Positions 9,750-19,960 of a stretch of 64,000 bases of DNA are shown piece by piece. The stretch's first letter is position 1. Every line of letters begins with the position of its first letter. A program made the position numbers and the translations under genes. The stretch is from a bacterium (GTDB lineage Bacteria; UBA8248), in NCBI GenBank assembly GCA_965221165.1, contig CBDCRP010000003.1:1824001-1888000 (forward strand), read 5' to 3'. The notes beneath the pieces are model-generated. The model made no database searches. It saw only the letters and a program-made list of their open reading frames with translations, and was not told the origin of the DNA.

Positions 9750-10649
9750 ATAATCGGGGAAATGCCGCCGAGACCCCTTCGCCTCCGGCCAACAGAGAGG
9801 CCGAGGGCTTGATGAGGGTGTATGAAAAGATTGCCGATACGGACCCCGAACTCGGGGCGGTGATATGCCCCCTGGTAAGCAAAGTGCTGCGGAGGGAAAA
9901 CGGTGCCAAGTCTCAATAAGCTATTCCATCAAGACGAACTCAACCGGATCGCCACGCGCCATCGCGGATGGGATGAGGCGGTTCTCGACGCAATACGGAA
10001 TCGAGGTCACCGGAGCGCAACGCGACATTTTCGGGGTGGTGGCGGTGGCGGTCGAGGAAGGCGTCAGATCCGAGATCGGGATAATCGAGAACCTCCCCCA
10101 GGTGGACGTCTCCCAAATAGAAGCGAGCCAGGCGGTCACGATTTCGTGAGTACAACGTGCTGAAATTTTTCAGCTCGGCCACTGCATCCTTCACGCGAAA
10201 TGCGGGAGCAATGCGTTTGCGAATACACTGATTGCCAGAGCCGCGAGGATGACGATGACGGATTTCTGCAGTCTGATTTCGTGCGGGACGACTCGTTCGC
10301 GAATGATTGCCTCCTTGGAGCGAGATGCGGTTTTTGGAACCGTAGAGGTGGTCGGACTGGATTCGGGGCCACGGTGCATCCGGATTTCCATGAAGCGGAT
10401 AACGGCACCATGCCTGGAACTCGGCGGAGTCGGCGACCCGAACGTCCCTGTCGGTAAATGCATTGAAGCGCGGGCCTTCACGGCGCTGGCATCTAAGGCA
10501 AGCGGCATCCCGTCGCCATGGTCGAGGCGGGAAGCCCAGAAAGTCGAATTCCGAGTGAAGCCGCCCCGGTTCGCAGATTTTCCCGGGGGTGCCCAGCTTG
10601 TTCCGCTCCCCGATGGGAGCGTCGGTTCCCGCTCGCCGGCGGGGACGCG

Positions 10650-11972
10650 TCAGCGCACGATGGTTCCGGCGACATCCGGCTTGCGTACCTCTAGGCGATT
10701 CTTCATGCAGATGTCATGGGCGGCGTGGATGAACACGTGGGTGCCCTTGGTGAGATCTTTGATCGACGCGTGCTCCCCCTCTTTCGGGTAGTAGCCTGTG
10801 CCGCCGCCGCGGGCGCGGCCCTGGGGGCCGTAGCAGATCGCCGGAATTCCGGCGCGGGTAAGGGGTGCGGTGTCGGCGTACCAGCCGTCCCAGGTGATCT
10901 CGGGGCGCTCGCCCCAGATGGCGTCGTGCGACGCGGAGATGCTGCGCACGACATATTCCTCGGGCGATATCTCTGCCGCGAACGCCGTCTGCACGACCTG
11001 CAGCTCGATCTCGATGGCGGGGTCCTGCTCCCGCAGTTGGCGAACCACCTGATCCAGCTCAGCGATGATGTCGCCGTGCAGCTGGCCCGGCAGGATCCCG
11101 ACTTCCAGATAGAGCCGGCAGAAGCAGGGCAGCTTGCTCGCGCGGAACGGATGTCCGCCTTCGATGGCGATGATGTTGACGTTTCCTGCCGGCTCTCCTT
11201 GATAGCGGGTCCTGCCCAGGTAGTCCTCGCCCCAGCGCTTGAGGGCGGGGATGGCGGTCAGCATCTTCTCGATGGCGTCTTCGCCGGGCTTGATCTGCAC
11301 CGTGGTGCCGCCGCGGCTGTAGGTGGCGCCCGGATTGCCCCGGGTCATGAGCTCGAAGAACACGTATCCACCCGAGGCGACCGAGATCCGGTTTGAGGTC
11401 GGCTCGGGTATGACCACCATGTCGGCGGTGATGCCGTTGTTGACCATGAAGCGGGCGCCGATTCCACAGCCACGGTAGCGGGCGCCCTGATAACGCCCGA
11501 CCGGCATGTGGCAGGTCTCGCCGACGACGCCGGCGATCATCAGGCTGCCGCGCAGCTTCGCCTTCGACCTGGCCAGGGCCTCCACGGCGAGGATGGCCGA
11601 TGCGTGGCCGCTCTTCATGTTGTAGGTGCCCACGCCGTAGACCCATTCGTCCTCGCGCCAGGATTTCGGCTGATACCCCGGCCCGAGATCGCGTATGCCC
11701 TCCTCGTCGCCGCCGTAGGTCGTGTCCAGGTGGCCGCAGTACAACAGGGTCGGTCCGTCGCCCGTGCCCTCGATCCGGCCGAACACGTTATAGCGGTCCG
11801 GCTCGACCTCCTGTATCGAGGTTTGCAGGCCCGCCGCCCGGAAGCGATCGGCGAGGTATCCGGCGAGCGCCTTCTCGCCGCCCGTGGGGCTCGGGATGTC
11901 GACCATCTCCATGGTCAACTGGGCGATAGCTTCCTCGTCGACGAATGCCAGGGCATCTTCGACCATGCTCAT
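10650..11972 (-). CDS. M20 metallopeptidase / ArgE-DapE-like deacylase
   Basis: IPSPTGGE, GHLDT, GTYNMKSG, VGE, PEPT, YGP motifs. Confidence 0.85.
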   Translation of the reverse strand: MSMVEDALAFVDEEAIAQLTMEMVDIPSPTGGEKALAGYLADRFRAAGLQTSIQEVEPDRYNVFGRIEGTGDGPTLLYCGHLDTTYGGDEEGIRDLGPGYQPKSWREDEWVYGVGTYNMKSGHASAILAVEALARSKAKLRGSLMIAGVVGETCHMPVGRYQGARYRGCGIGARFMVNNGITADMVVIPEPTSNRISVASGGYVFFELMTRGNPGATYSRGGTTVQIKPGEDAIEKMLTAIPALKRWGEDYLGRTRYQGEPAGNVNIIAIEGGHPFRASKLPCFCRLYLEVGILPGQLHGDIIAELDQVVRQLREQDPAIEIELQVVQTAFAAEISPEEYVVRSISASHDAIWGERPEITWDGWYADTAPLTRAGIPAICYGPQGRARGGGTGYYPKEGEHASIKDLTKGTHVFIHAAHDICMKNRLEVRKPDVAGTIVR

Positions 11973-12047
11973 CGTTCGTTCCTCCTCGGTGCGCGCGATC
12001 CGCGGCTAAGGGGCGCCTCGGCCTCTCGTGGCGGGCGGCCCCGGTGA

Positions 12048-12314
12048 CTACATGCCAAGATACATTTGTCGGATGTTCGGGTCAAGCAGAAGCTCCGCCG
12101 AGTCTCCCTCGCGACGATTCCGACCCATGTCCGGCACGTATCCCCGGTCGGAATTTTCCAGGGCCTTGGCCGAGTTCTGCTCCACGACCAGGATCGATAC
12201 ACCGTCGCGGTGAATCCGCTCGATGCTCTCGAAGATGGCTTCCATCACCGTGGGCGCCAGCCCGATCGTCGGCTCGTCGAGCAGGATGAGGGTCGGTCTG
12301 GTGACCATGTCCAT
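12048..12314 (-). pseudogene. C-terminal fragment of LivF-like branched-chain amino acid ABC ATPase
   Basis: LILLDEPTIGLAP, VEQN, IRQMYLG; no Walker A. Confidence 0.75.
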
Positions 12315-12431
12315 CCCTCAGCCCCGAATACGAACGGGCCGGGGAAACATCGCGCCGCCCTTTTCCCTCTCCCGGCGGGGGTCTTGCCGTTGGACCCAAA
12401 TGGAAGGGGACAACGGGCCGAATGAAAAACC

Positions 12432-13205
12432 TTACTCCTGCGTGCTCTCGTGCCAGCGGAGAAAGTGGTTGCGGACCGCGCCCAGGCCGTAGATGGCGCA
12501 AAAACCAATCACCCCGATGAGCGCCATGCCCATGAAAGCGTCCGCGGTCAAGTTGTCTTCCCGCGCCAGCATGATCATGAACCCGATTCCCTCCTGCGCC
12601 CCCGCCAACTCGGCCGCGATGAGCCCGCGGAAAGCATAGCCGAGTCCGATCCACAGCCCGGTCATAATGTGGGGCAAGGTGGCGGGCAGCGTGACCCGCC
12701 AGAAAAGCTGCCCCCGGCTCGCGCCCAGGGAGCGCGCCGCGCGGATGATGGCGGGCTCGGTCATCTTGACGCCGTCAAAGGTGCAGATGATGGCGGGAAA
12801 CAACGCTCCATAGGTGATGATGAAAATCTTGGAACCCTCCCCCATCCGGAACATCAAGATGGCGAGGGGAATCCACGCAACCTCGGGTATTTGCCGAAAT
12901 ATGTCCACGAGCGGTTCGAGCGCCTCGCCGATGATTCGGACCTGACCCATGAGCAAACCGATCAAGATGCCCATGACGGAGCCCAAAAAGAACCCCTCGG
13001 TGATGCGAACCACCGAGGCAATGATGTGGTGAAGAAGCTCACCCCCTTCAGCACGCCTGATTCCGGACTGGATGGCCATCCAGGGAGACGGCAGGATGAG
13101 CGAGTCCACCAATTCGAGGGTGACGGTGAGTTGCCAAAGGACGACAAACCCCGTCACCGAGATGGTGGATATTCCAAAGCGACCTGACAAAGATTGCGTT
13201 TGCAA
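12432..13205 (-). CDS. ABC permease, SsuC/TauC family
   Basis: ILPSP, IPEVAWIP, AARSLGA, AELAG; likely TTG start after AGGAGA. Confidence 0.85.
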   Translation of the reverse strand: MQTQSLSGRFGISTISVTGFVVLWQLTVTLELVDSLILPSPWMAIQSGIRRAEGGELLHHIIASVVRITEGFFLGSVMGILIGLLMGQVRIIGEALEPLVDIFRQIPEVAWIPLAILMFRMGEGSKIFIITYGALFPAIICTFDGVKMTEPAIIRAARSLGASRGQLFWRVTLPATLPHIMTGLWIGLGYAFRGLIAAELAGAQEGIGFMIMLAREDNLTADAFMGMALIGVIGFCAIYGLGAVRNHFLRWHESTQE

Positions 13206-13213
13206 CGTCTCTC

Positions 13214-13984
13214 CTAGTAGAACGCGCCTTCCCGGCTCGTGGAATGCCAGCGGAGAAACCACCTCTCCGCGATTTCCACGAGGCGCGTGATGCTAAATCC
13301 CAAGGTGCCGATTACGGCCATACCCAAGATGACCAAATCCCCGCGGAAATAATTCCGGGCGTCCTGAATCAGAAATCCCAGGCCCGATGTAGAACCCACC
13401 AACTCCGCCGCAACCAACAAGGCGAAGGAGACCTGAACGCCCAGCCGAAAACCGGTGAAGATGTAAGGGAGGGCTCCGGGAAGGACCACGCGGAAGAAAA
13501 TGTCCCGGCGGTTGGCCCCCAGGCTGCGCGCGGCGCGCACCAGAACGGGATCCAGCGAGCGGACCCCCATGAAGGTATTGGTGACAACGGCGAGGAACAC
13601 TCCCATGGATATGATGAATACTTTGGAGGCGTCATCGATACCGAACCAGATAAGGGCCACCGGAATCCAGGCCAGGCCGGGAACGGGCCGGATGATTTCG
13701 ACCAATGGCCCCACCGCCGCGTGGAAGAACCGGAATTGGCCCATCAGGATTCCGATGATTACGCCGGTAAAAGAACCAACGACGAAACCCTTGAACATTC
13801 GCCAAAGGCTGACGGCAATGTGCTCTCGCAACTCACCCGCTTGAAAAAGATCAACCGCTCCCTCCCAAACTTCCCTAGGAGGTGGCAAGAAGAGCGGATT
13901 GACCAATTTGTAATTCGTGACCACGAACCAGAGGATAATCAATCCCCCGATAGAGATGGCGCGCGTCACCATTTTTCTGTTCAT
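13214..13984 (-). CDS. ABC permease, SsuC/TauC family
   Basis: FLPPP, PVPGLAWIP, AARSLGA, LVAAELVG. Confidence 0.9.
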   Translation of the reverse strand: MNRKMVTRAISIGGLIILWFVVTNYKLVNPLFLPPPREVWEGAVDLFQAGELREHIAVSLWRMFKGFVVGSFTGVIIGILMGQFRFFHAAVGPLVEIIRPVPGLAWIPVALIWFGIDDASKVFIISMGVFLAVVTNTFMGVRSLDPVLVRAARSLGANRRDIFFRVVLPGALPYIFTGFRLGVQVSFALLVAAELVGSTSGLGFLIQDARNYFRGDLVILGMAVIGTLGFSITRLVEIAERWFLRWHSTSREGAFY

Positions 13985-14793
13985 GCACCCTCTCCCAAAG
14001 CCGCGGAATCCGAATCCTGCACTTCCAACGACTTCTCCACCTCGACCCGAATGAGGTCGTCCATCATCCGATACAGTTCGTTGAATTCGGGAGAAGTCCT
14101 CTCCCGGGGACGGGGAAGGTCAACGCCGAGAAGAGCCTTCACCTGGCCCGGGCGGGCCGTCATGACCACCACCCGGTCGGCCAGAACGATGGCCTCGTCG
14201 ATGGCGTGGGTCACGAAGAGGACGGTTTTCTTCGTTTCACCGAGAAGCTTCAGGAGCTCTTCCTGCATCACCCGACGCGTCTGGGCGTCCAATGCTCCAA
14301 AAGGCTCGTCCATCAACAGCACTTCGGGATCGTTCGCCAGCGCCCGGGCGATCCCGACGCGCTGCTTCATTCCGCCCGAAAGCTCGAAGGGAAATTTGTC
14401 CTCAAATCCCGTAAGGTGGATGCGCTGGATGAGCTCCCGTGCGCGGGCGTGCCGGTCGGCTTTTTCCATCCCCTTCAGGACAGGACCGAATTCGATATTT
14501 TGGAGCACCGTCCGCCATGGGAAAAGTGCGAATTCCTGGAAGACGAAACCCCGGTCGGGTCCCGGCTCGATGACCGGACGTCCATCGACGCGAACCTCCC
14601 CCCCCGAGGGGGGGAGGAATCCCGCGACGATGTTCAGGAGGGTGGATTTTCCGCATCCGCTGGGACCGAGGATGCAGATGACTTCGCCTTTTTGGACCTC
14701 GAGGTTTATTTCATCCAGTGCCCGCACCGTTGATTTGGTGCGCCGGTCGACGAATTCTTTCGAGACTCGATTTACTTGCAGATTAACCGTCAT
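13981..14793 (-). CDS. ABC ATP-binding protein, SsuB/TauB family
   Basis: GPSGCGKS, LSGGMKQR, LLMDEPFGALD, VTH. Confidence 0.95.
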   Translation of the reverse strand: MTVNLQVNRVSKEFVDRRTKSTVRALDEINLEVQKGEVICILGPSGCGKSTLLNIVAGFLPPSGGEVRVDGRPVIEPGPDRGFVFQEFALFPWRTVLQNIEFGPVLKGMEKADRHARARELIQRIHLTGFEDKFPFELSGGMKQRVGIARALANDPEVLLMDEPFGALDAQTRRVMQEELLKLLGETKKTVLFVTHAIDEAIVLADRVVVMTARPGQVKALLGVDLPRPRERTSPEFNELYRMMDDLIRVEVEKSLEVQDSDSAALGEGA

Positions 14794-14845
14794 ATCGGAA
14801 ATTCACAATACAGACACCCCAAACCGGTAAAGTGAAACTGTCCTG

Positions 14846-15892
14846 CTAAAGCTTGCAGGCCCCTTCGGTCTTCGCCAGATCCTTCGCGACCGACTTCAGG
14901 AGATCCGTATAGACGAATTCTTTCATGTTCGGCGTTCTTTTGAGCTTCCTGCCGACCCTTTTCATATTATCGGCCACCGCCTGCTCGGCGTTCACCATTT
15001 CATCCGTAATTTCAAGCCTGTAGAAAGTGTTGTCAAGAATGGGTTTCATCGCGGGAGCGGACATCTTATATGCCTTGCCCAGGATATTGAGAAACTCTGC
15101 GCGATTTCCCGAATCGTTCATGAACCGGTAGGACTTCAACATCGCGCGCATATACGCCCTCATGGCGTCCTGCTTGTTTTTCAGGGCCTCTTTCCGCGCG
15201 CTGATGAGGGTGAAGGAAAGATGGATGTTGGCGGGCTTCGCCATTCCGCTAAACTTGTTGAGCAACTGGGAATGCGCAAAATGCGTCGGCCGGACCTGTT
15301 CCGCTGTCGTCAGATGCGGATACCAAACCACCCCGCCGTCCACGTCCTTGTTCTTGAAGGCGGCGATGAGATCGTTCGGTGTCAGATTCACCACCCGGAT
15401 CTTTTTGGCGTCCAAGCTGTATTTTGCAAGAAAATTAATCCACAGAATGTGGGCCGCAGATGCAAACCGCAACCCGATCTTTTTCCCGTAGAAGTCGGTA
15501 GGTTTCGTCATGCCCAAGTCCTTGCCGACAAAAATCTCGAGGTAATCCTTGTCCTGCCCGTTCTGGGCGATGATGCAGGCGGGCACGTTGGCGGCAGCCA
15601 GCGAGACAAATGGCAAATCCCCCGAGTGGCCCAGCTCGACTCCGCCCGCCGCGAGCGCCTCAACCATGGCCGCGCCGGAGGAGAATATCTTGTGTTCAAT
15701 CACAAGGTCCTCTTGCGCGAAGTAGCCCTTCGTCTTGGCGACGTGGATGGGCGCCCCGATGTTGCCACCGCCCGATCCCACGACTAGTTTGTACTTGGCC
15801 GCTTCCGAGACGCCGGCGCCCGAGCCAAAGGCCCAGACCGCCACAACCGCAACGAGCATTAAAAAATTGAATCGTTTCCACGCGCACTTCAT
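14846..15892 (-). CDS. ABC substrate-binding protein, SsuA/NMT1 family
   Basis: Signal peptide after MKCAW (ATG 15892, RBS AGGAGGG), GYFAQEDL, FSSGAAMVEAL. Confidence 0.85.
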   Translation of the reverse strand: MKCAWKRFNFLMLVAVVAVWAFGSGAGVSEAAKYKLVVGSGGGNIGAPIHVAKTKGYFAQEDLVIEHKIFSSGAAMVEALAAGGVELGHSGDLPFVSLAAANVPACIIAQNGQDKDYLEIFVGKDLGMTKPTDFYGKKIGLRFASAAHILWINFLAKYSLDAKKIRVVNLTPNDLIAAFKNKDVDGGVVWYPHLTTAEQVRPTHFAHSQLLNKFSGMAKPANIHLSFTLISARKEALKNKQDAMRAYMRAMLKSYRFMNDSGNRAEFLNILGKAYKMSAPAMKPILDNTFYRLEITDEMVNAEQAVADNMKRVGRKLKRTPNMKEFVYTDLLKSVAKDLAKTEGACKL

Positions 15893-16249
15893 ATCGCAAG
15901 CCCTCCTTTTGACTACGTTTTGGTGAGCAAAAACCCTCAAGTATGCACTCACCCCCGCCAACCCGGAGACGGGCTCAACGCGGACGCGCAACTCCGTTCT
16001 CCAGATCCTCAAATATGCTTTTAGCCAATAATCGAATGAAGAGAAATATTACTTAATTTGTCAATGAAGTGCAAGATTGGAAAATTCGTTGGGGCCGGGG
16101 CGGTTTTCCCCTCCCGCAGAACGGGGCAAAAACGGTAAGGCCAAAAGAAAATTTCATGAGGTATTCTTATGCCCGCATGGAGAAACAAGCGGGATCGGGG
16201 AGACGGAACATGTACGGCCGAAATGGACCACCAAAATAAATTCTTTTTT

Positions 16250-16510
16250 TTACAACTCCAAAACGATCCGCCCGACGGGGTCCTCCTGCCGGAGTTTGTC
16301 CAAGGCCCCGTTCGCCTCTTCCATCGCGTAGCGGTCAGAGATGATGGGTTTGACGCGCCCGTCGCTCACAAGCGATGCCACATCCTCGACGTCCTTCACC
16401 GTATGGTTATGGGACGCGATGATCTGGATCCACTTGGAGACGAGCGTGAAGGGTTCCAGCGGAAAGGTCTGCCCGGGCTGGTATCCCAATATGATGAGGC
16501 GGCCCCGGGC
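16250..16510 (-). pseudogene. C-terminal remnant of zinc-binding alcohol dehydrogenase
   Basis: RGRLIILGY...GRVKPIISDRY...EANGALDKL...GRIVL; N-terminal domain absent. Confidence 0.65.
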
Positions 16511-17149
16511 CGGAGGAGTTCCAGGCATTGCTGAAGAACGATGGGCATTCGGATCCGGCGACTGGGTGGTCGAGTATGCGAGCACAAAGCGGAGAGTATT
16601 GGCCACTGGAGCATCCGAAGGTGTGCTTCTCGTGCCGGTCGGGACGCTGCTGAAAGGAACCGAGCTTCCCGGTTGACTGTAACTGATGATGTACCCGTCT
16701 GCGGGGTCACACCTCCCCACCCAAGTGGCGTGGAAGTTTGTCTCTGTCATTTCCGCTCGCGCTTGATATCTTGCGGTGCTTTATGGTTGGCCCATGGCCT
16801 GCTTAGTCTGAAACGACGGACGGACGACAGCAAGCGTAGCACCTTCGCACCGAAGTAAATGAACGGGCGTTTGGCACGAATCCCAAGGCGCCTGGACCAT
16901 TAGGAGCATCTGTTCACGATGTTCGCACCATGATGGGAGGCAGGCACCATGCGAGCATCCATAGTCCTTTGTTCAGGTGGAATTTTATCATACGCCGAGC
17001 CTCGATTCCACCACGGTGACCAGGCACCGCCACAAGCATGTCGGAAGCAGGTTATCTTCAAGGTCTGCGCGTTGTAAGGCCATGAAGGTGGCAAAGGATT
17101 CAGCATTGCTTCACAACCGCCGCTTATTCCGACGAAGGCCGCCCGTTGG

Positions 17150-17567
17150 GCAGCCGTTGGCGGGCGGGGTGAGCATGGGAATTGCCGCTGCGCTGGTCAC
17201 GCTCTGGGTCACGTTCGCACCCTGTTTCCTGTGGATATTCGCCGGCGCGCCCTACATCGAGCAACTCCCGTCCCAGCCTCGGCTGAAGGGCGCCCTGGAG
17301 TCGATTACGGCGGCGGTGGTGGGCGTCATTCTCAACCTGTCCATCTGGTTCGGTCTGCACGTCCTGTTCGCCGAACTGCCGTCCCGGCAAATCGGTCCGG
17401 TCAAGCTCCTGCTGCCGGTTTGGCATTCCCTGGACTGGCGGGTTCTGCTCGTCGGCGCCGTGAGCGCGATCATGCTCCTCTGGCGACACCAGTCTCTCAT
17501 GAGAACCCTGGGCGTTGCGGCGCTGATGGGTATTGGATTCGCTGCGATGGGTCACTTTGCCGGATAA
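17150..17567 (+). pseudogene. C-terminal remnant of ChrA chromate efflux transporter
   Basis: TLWVTFAPCFLWIFAGAPYIE...ITAAVVGVILNLSIWFGLHVLF; upstream part missing. Confidence 0.8.
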
Positions 17568-17731
17568 CGGAACATACGGGCGCTCGGGCTGATCAGCCGT
17601 CTGCCGTTACCGATTTACGCGCATGGCGACCTTCGAATTCATCGTAGACTACTACAATCCGAAATTCTAGTACCCTGCCTTGGATTGTCTTGGTTCCAAC
17701 GACTTCGAACGGACTGCGCCAGAGCATGGCC

Positions 17732-18272
17732 GCAAGTAGGCCGCTACAGGCCGGACTTTGGAGGATGACTGCACAACGATTCGACAGGGACGCGCCGGGA
17801 TCCGCGGGAGTTTTAATTAGCTCGCTTTCGTTTTGATTACATGCCGCGGAAGGCAGCGGCGCGGTGCAATCTCTGGGAGAACCGACTGTGGAGCGTATCC
17901 GGGCCTGGCGAGCGCAGGCGCCTCCCTGGTCGAGATGCAGGCCGCGGCGCGCTGGCGTTCGCCGGTCATGCCGGGGCGCTACGCACTAGGACAACTGGTG
18001 AAATAGGGAGCCGTGGCGAGGCTTCGGTACGGCATGTTAGAACGGTCGGAACGAGCCTGATCGACACTTCATCAATCAGGGTTTCGGAACCCCGGTAGAA
18101 CTTGATGAAAACGTCAAAAACGGAGAGTTGCGGGGCATCGGAACGTAACCACAAGTAAGCTGTCGTGACTCGGATTTTAGAGGATTGCTACAAAATGGTC
18201 CGACAGGAACTCGCCAGGATGCACGGGAGTTGTAATGTATCCGCTTGCGTTTTGATTACATGCCGCTGAAGG
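17732..18272. repeat. Two diverged ~120-bp direct repeats (17732-17853 and 18151-18272) beside the tRNA-Ser 3' end
   Basis: Shared core CGTTTTGATTACATGCCGC-GAAGG and CGACAGG..CGCC.GGAT; period about 419 bp. Confidence 0.65.
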
Positions 18273-18370
18273 TGGATTCCTGATGAGATTGGTAAAAATG
18301 GATATTTGAAACGATACCAATAGGGTAAGGGGATTTTATGGCCGATGAAAACGGCTCGATATATCTAAAA

Positions 18371-18462
18371 TGGCGGAGAGGGAGGGATTCGAACCCCCGG
18401 TGCAGTTGCCTGCACAACAGATTTCGAGTCTGCCGCCTTAAACCGGACTCGGCCACCTCTCC
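18371..18462 (-). tRNA. tRNA-Ser(CGA)
   Basis: GGAGAGGTGGCCGAGT...GCAGA CTCGAAA TCTGT...GTTCGAATCC...CTCTCCGCCA, long variable arm. Confidence 0.95.
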
Positions 18463-18477
18463 AGATAGGTTATCTCT

Positions 18478-18993
18478 TCAGCGCGCGGCCTGCCTCGCCT
18501 CGCGGGCGATGCGGCGGCGCTCCTCGAAAAAGGCGCGCAACATCGCGGCGCTCTCCTCGGCCATGACGCCTGAGGTTATCGGCACGCGGTGGTTCACGCG
18601 CGGGTCCGAGGGAATATCGAACAAAGAACCACAGGCCCCGCCCTTGGGGTCTTTGGCCCCGAACACGAGCCTCGCGATCCTCGAATTGACGATGGCGCCC
18701 GCGCACATGGGACACGGCTCGAGGGTGACGTACAGGGTCGCACCGTCGAGCCGCCATATCCCGTCGGTCTCGGCCGCTTCTCTCAGCGCCAGGACTTCGG
18801 CGTGCGCCGTGGGGTCGCAGGCGGCTTCGCGTCTGTTGAACCCCCGGCCCAGCACCCGCCCTTCGCGCACCACCAGCGCGCCCACGGGCACGTCGCCCGC
18901 CTCTTCGGCCTGCTCGGCCAGCGCCAGCGCTTCTTTCATCCAGCGCTCGTCTTCGCTCATCTGCTCTATCGAATACACTTTCATCTCCCCCAT
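18478..18993 (-). CDS. tadA: tRNA adenosine(34) deaminase
   Basis: DVPVGA, DPTAHAE, TLEPCPMCAGA, DPKGGA. Confidence 0.93.
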   Translation of the reverse strand: MGEMKVYSIEQMSEDERWMKEALALAEQAEEAGDVPVGALVVREGRVLGRGFNRREAACDPTAHAEVLALREAAETDGIWRLDGATLYVTLEPCPMCAGAIVNSRIARLVFGAKDPKGGACGSLFDIPSDPRVNHRVPITSGVMAEESAAMLRAFFEERRRIAREARQAAR

Positions 18994-19202
18994 CCAATCT
19001 GCTACGCGGCCCTTAAAAGACCACGAATCGAAACCGCTGGCAAGCGGGGAAGCGCCTCACGCGCATGATGTCGGTGAATACAACACTTGTCGGCCGTAGC
19101 ATCACCCACTGGCGAGGACGCGCGGCTCTTGCCCGATGCGGAAAAACCTGAGAGTCTTTGGGTTCTTACCCATCACTCACACTTTTTTTGAAGGATGCCC
19201 CT

Positions 19203-19958
19203 ATGCTTTGGGAAGAATTGAGTTGGCCGCAGCACAAGGAAATGGCCCAAAACGGGGCCGTGGTCGTCATCCCCTTCGCCTCGATGGAGCAGCACGGGCC
19301 GCACAACCCCGTCGTGGTGGATACGCTGCTTTGTGAGAACGTCTGCAAAAAGGCGGTGGACGGCCTCGATAACGTGCTCCTGACCCGCACCATGTGGACG
19401 GGCACGTCGCATCATCACTTCGAGTATCCGGGAACCATCTCGCTCAGGCTCGAAACCTACGTCGCACTCATCAAGGACATCATCCGCTCCGTGGCCCATC
19501 ACGGCTACAAGAAGATATTCGTCGTGAACGGCCACGGCGGCAACGTGCAGCCCTTGCAAGCCACGTTGAACGACATCGGCTACGACATCGAGCTCACCAT
19601 CTGGATGATCACCTACTTTCATCTGGGAAACGAAATCGCAGGCGAGATCAGAAAAAGCGAGGTCGGCGGTATGGCTCACAGCGGTGAGTTCGAAACCGCC
19701 ATGATGCTGCACTTACGCCCCGACCTGGTGAACATGGACGAGGCGGTGGATCAAACCAACGCGAACACGCACCCCCTGGCGACGAAGGACATGCACCACC
19801 GGGGAACCCTCTTCCGCCCCGTGGACTTCAACAGGCACCGCGCGCCCTCCGGCGTAGCGGGCACGCCCACGGCGGCCACGGCGGAAAACGGAGCACAATA
19901 CTTCGAAGCCGTATCCACCCGCCTGCGCGGGCTGATTGAAGATTTGGCTGCGCTCTAG
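19203..19958 (+). CDS. Creatininase family amidohydrolase
   Basis: SMEQHGPH..VD, GTSHHH, NGHGGN, HSGEFET. Confidence 0.9.
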   Translation: MLWEELSWPQHKEMAQNGAVVVIPFASMEQHGPHNPVVVDTLLCENVCKKAVDGLDNVLLTRTMWTGTSHHHFEYPGTISLRLETYVALIKDIIRSVAHHGYKKIFVVNGHGGNVQPLQATLNDIGYDIELTIWMITYFHLGNEIAGEIRKSEVGGMAHSGEFETAMMLHLRPDLVNMDEAVDQTNANTHPLATKDMHHRGTLFRPVDFNRHRAPSGVAGTPTAATAENGAQYFEAVSTRLRGLIEDLAAL

Positions 19959-19960
19959 GC

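Noticed and set aside
13244-14830. 528-aa plus-strand ORF, and other long antisense ORFs such as 26207..27397 and 46942..47937
   Set aside because: Shadow ORFs opposite well-supported genes in GC-rich DNA
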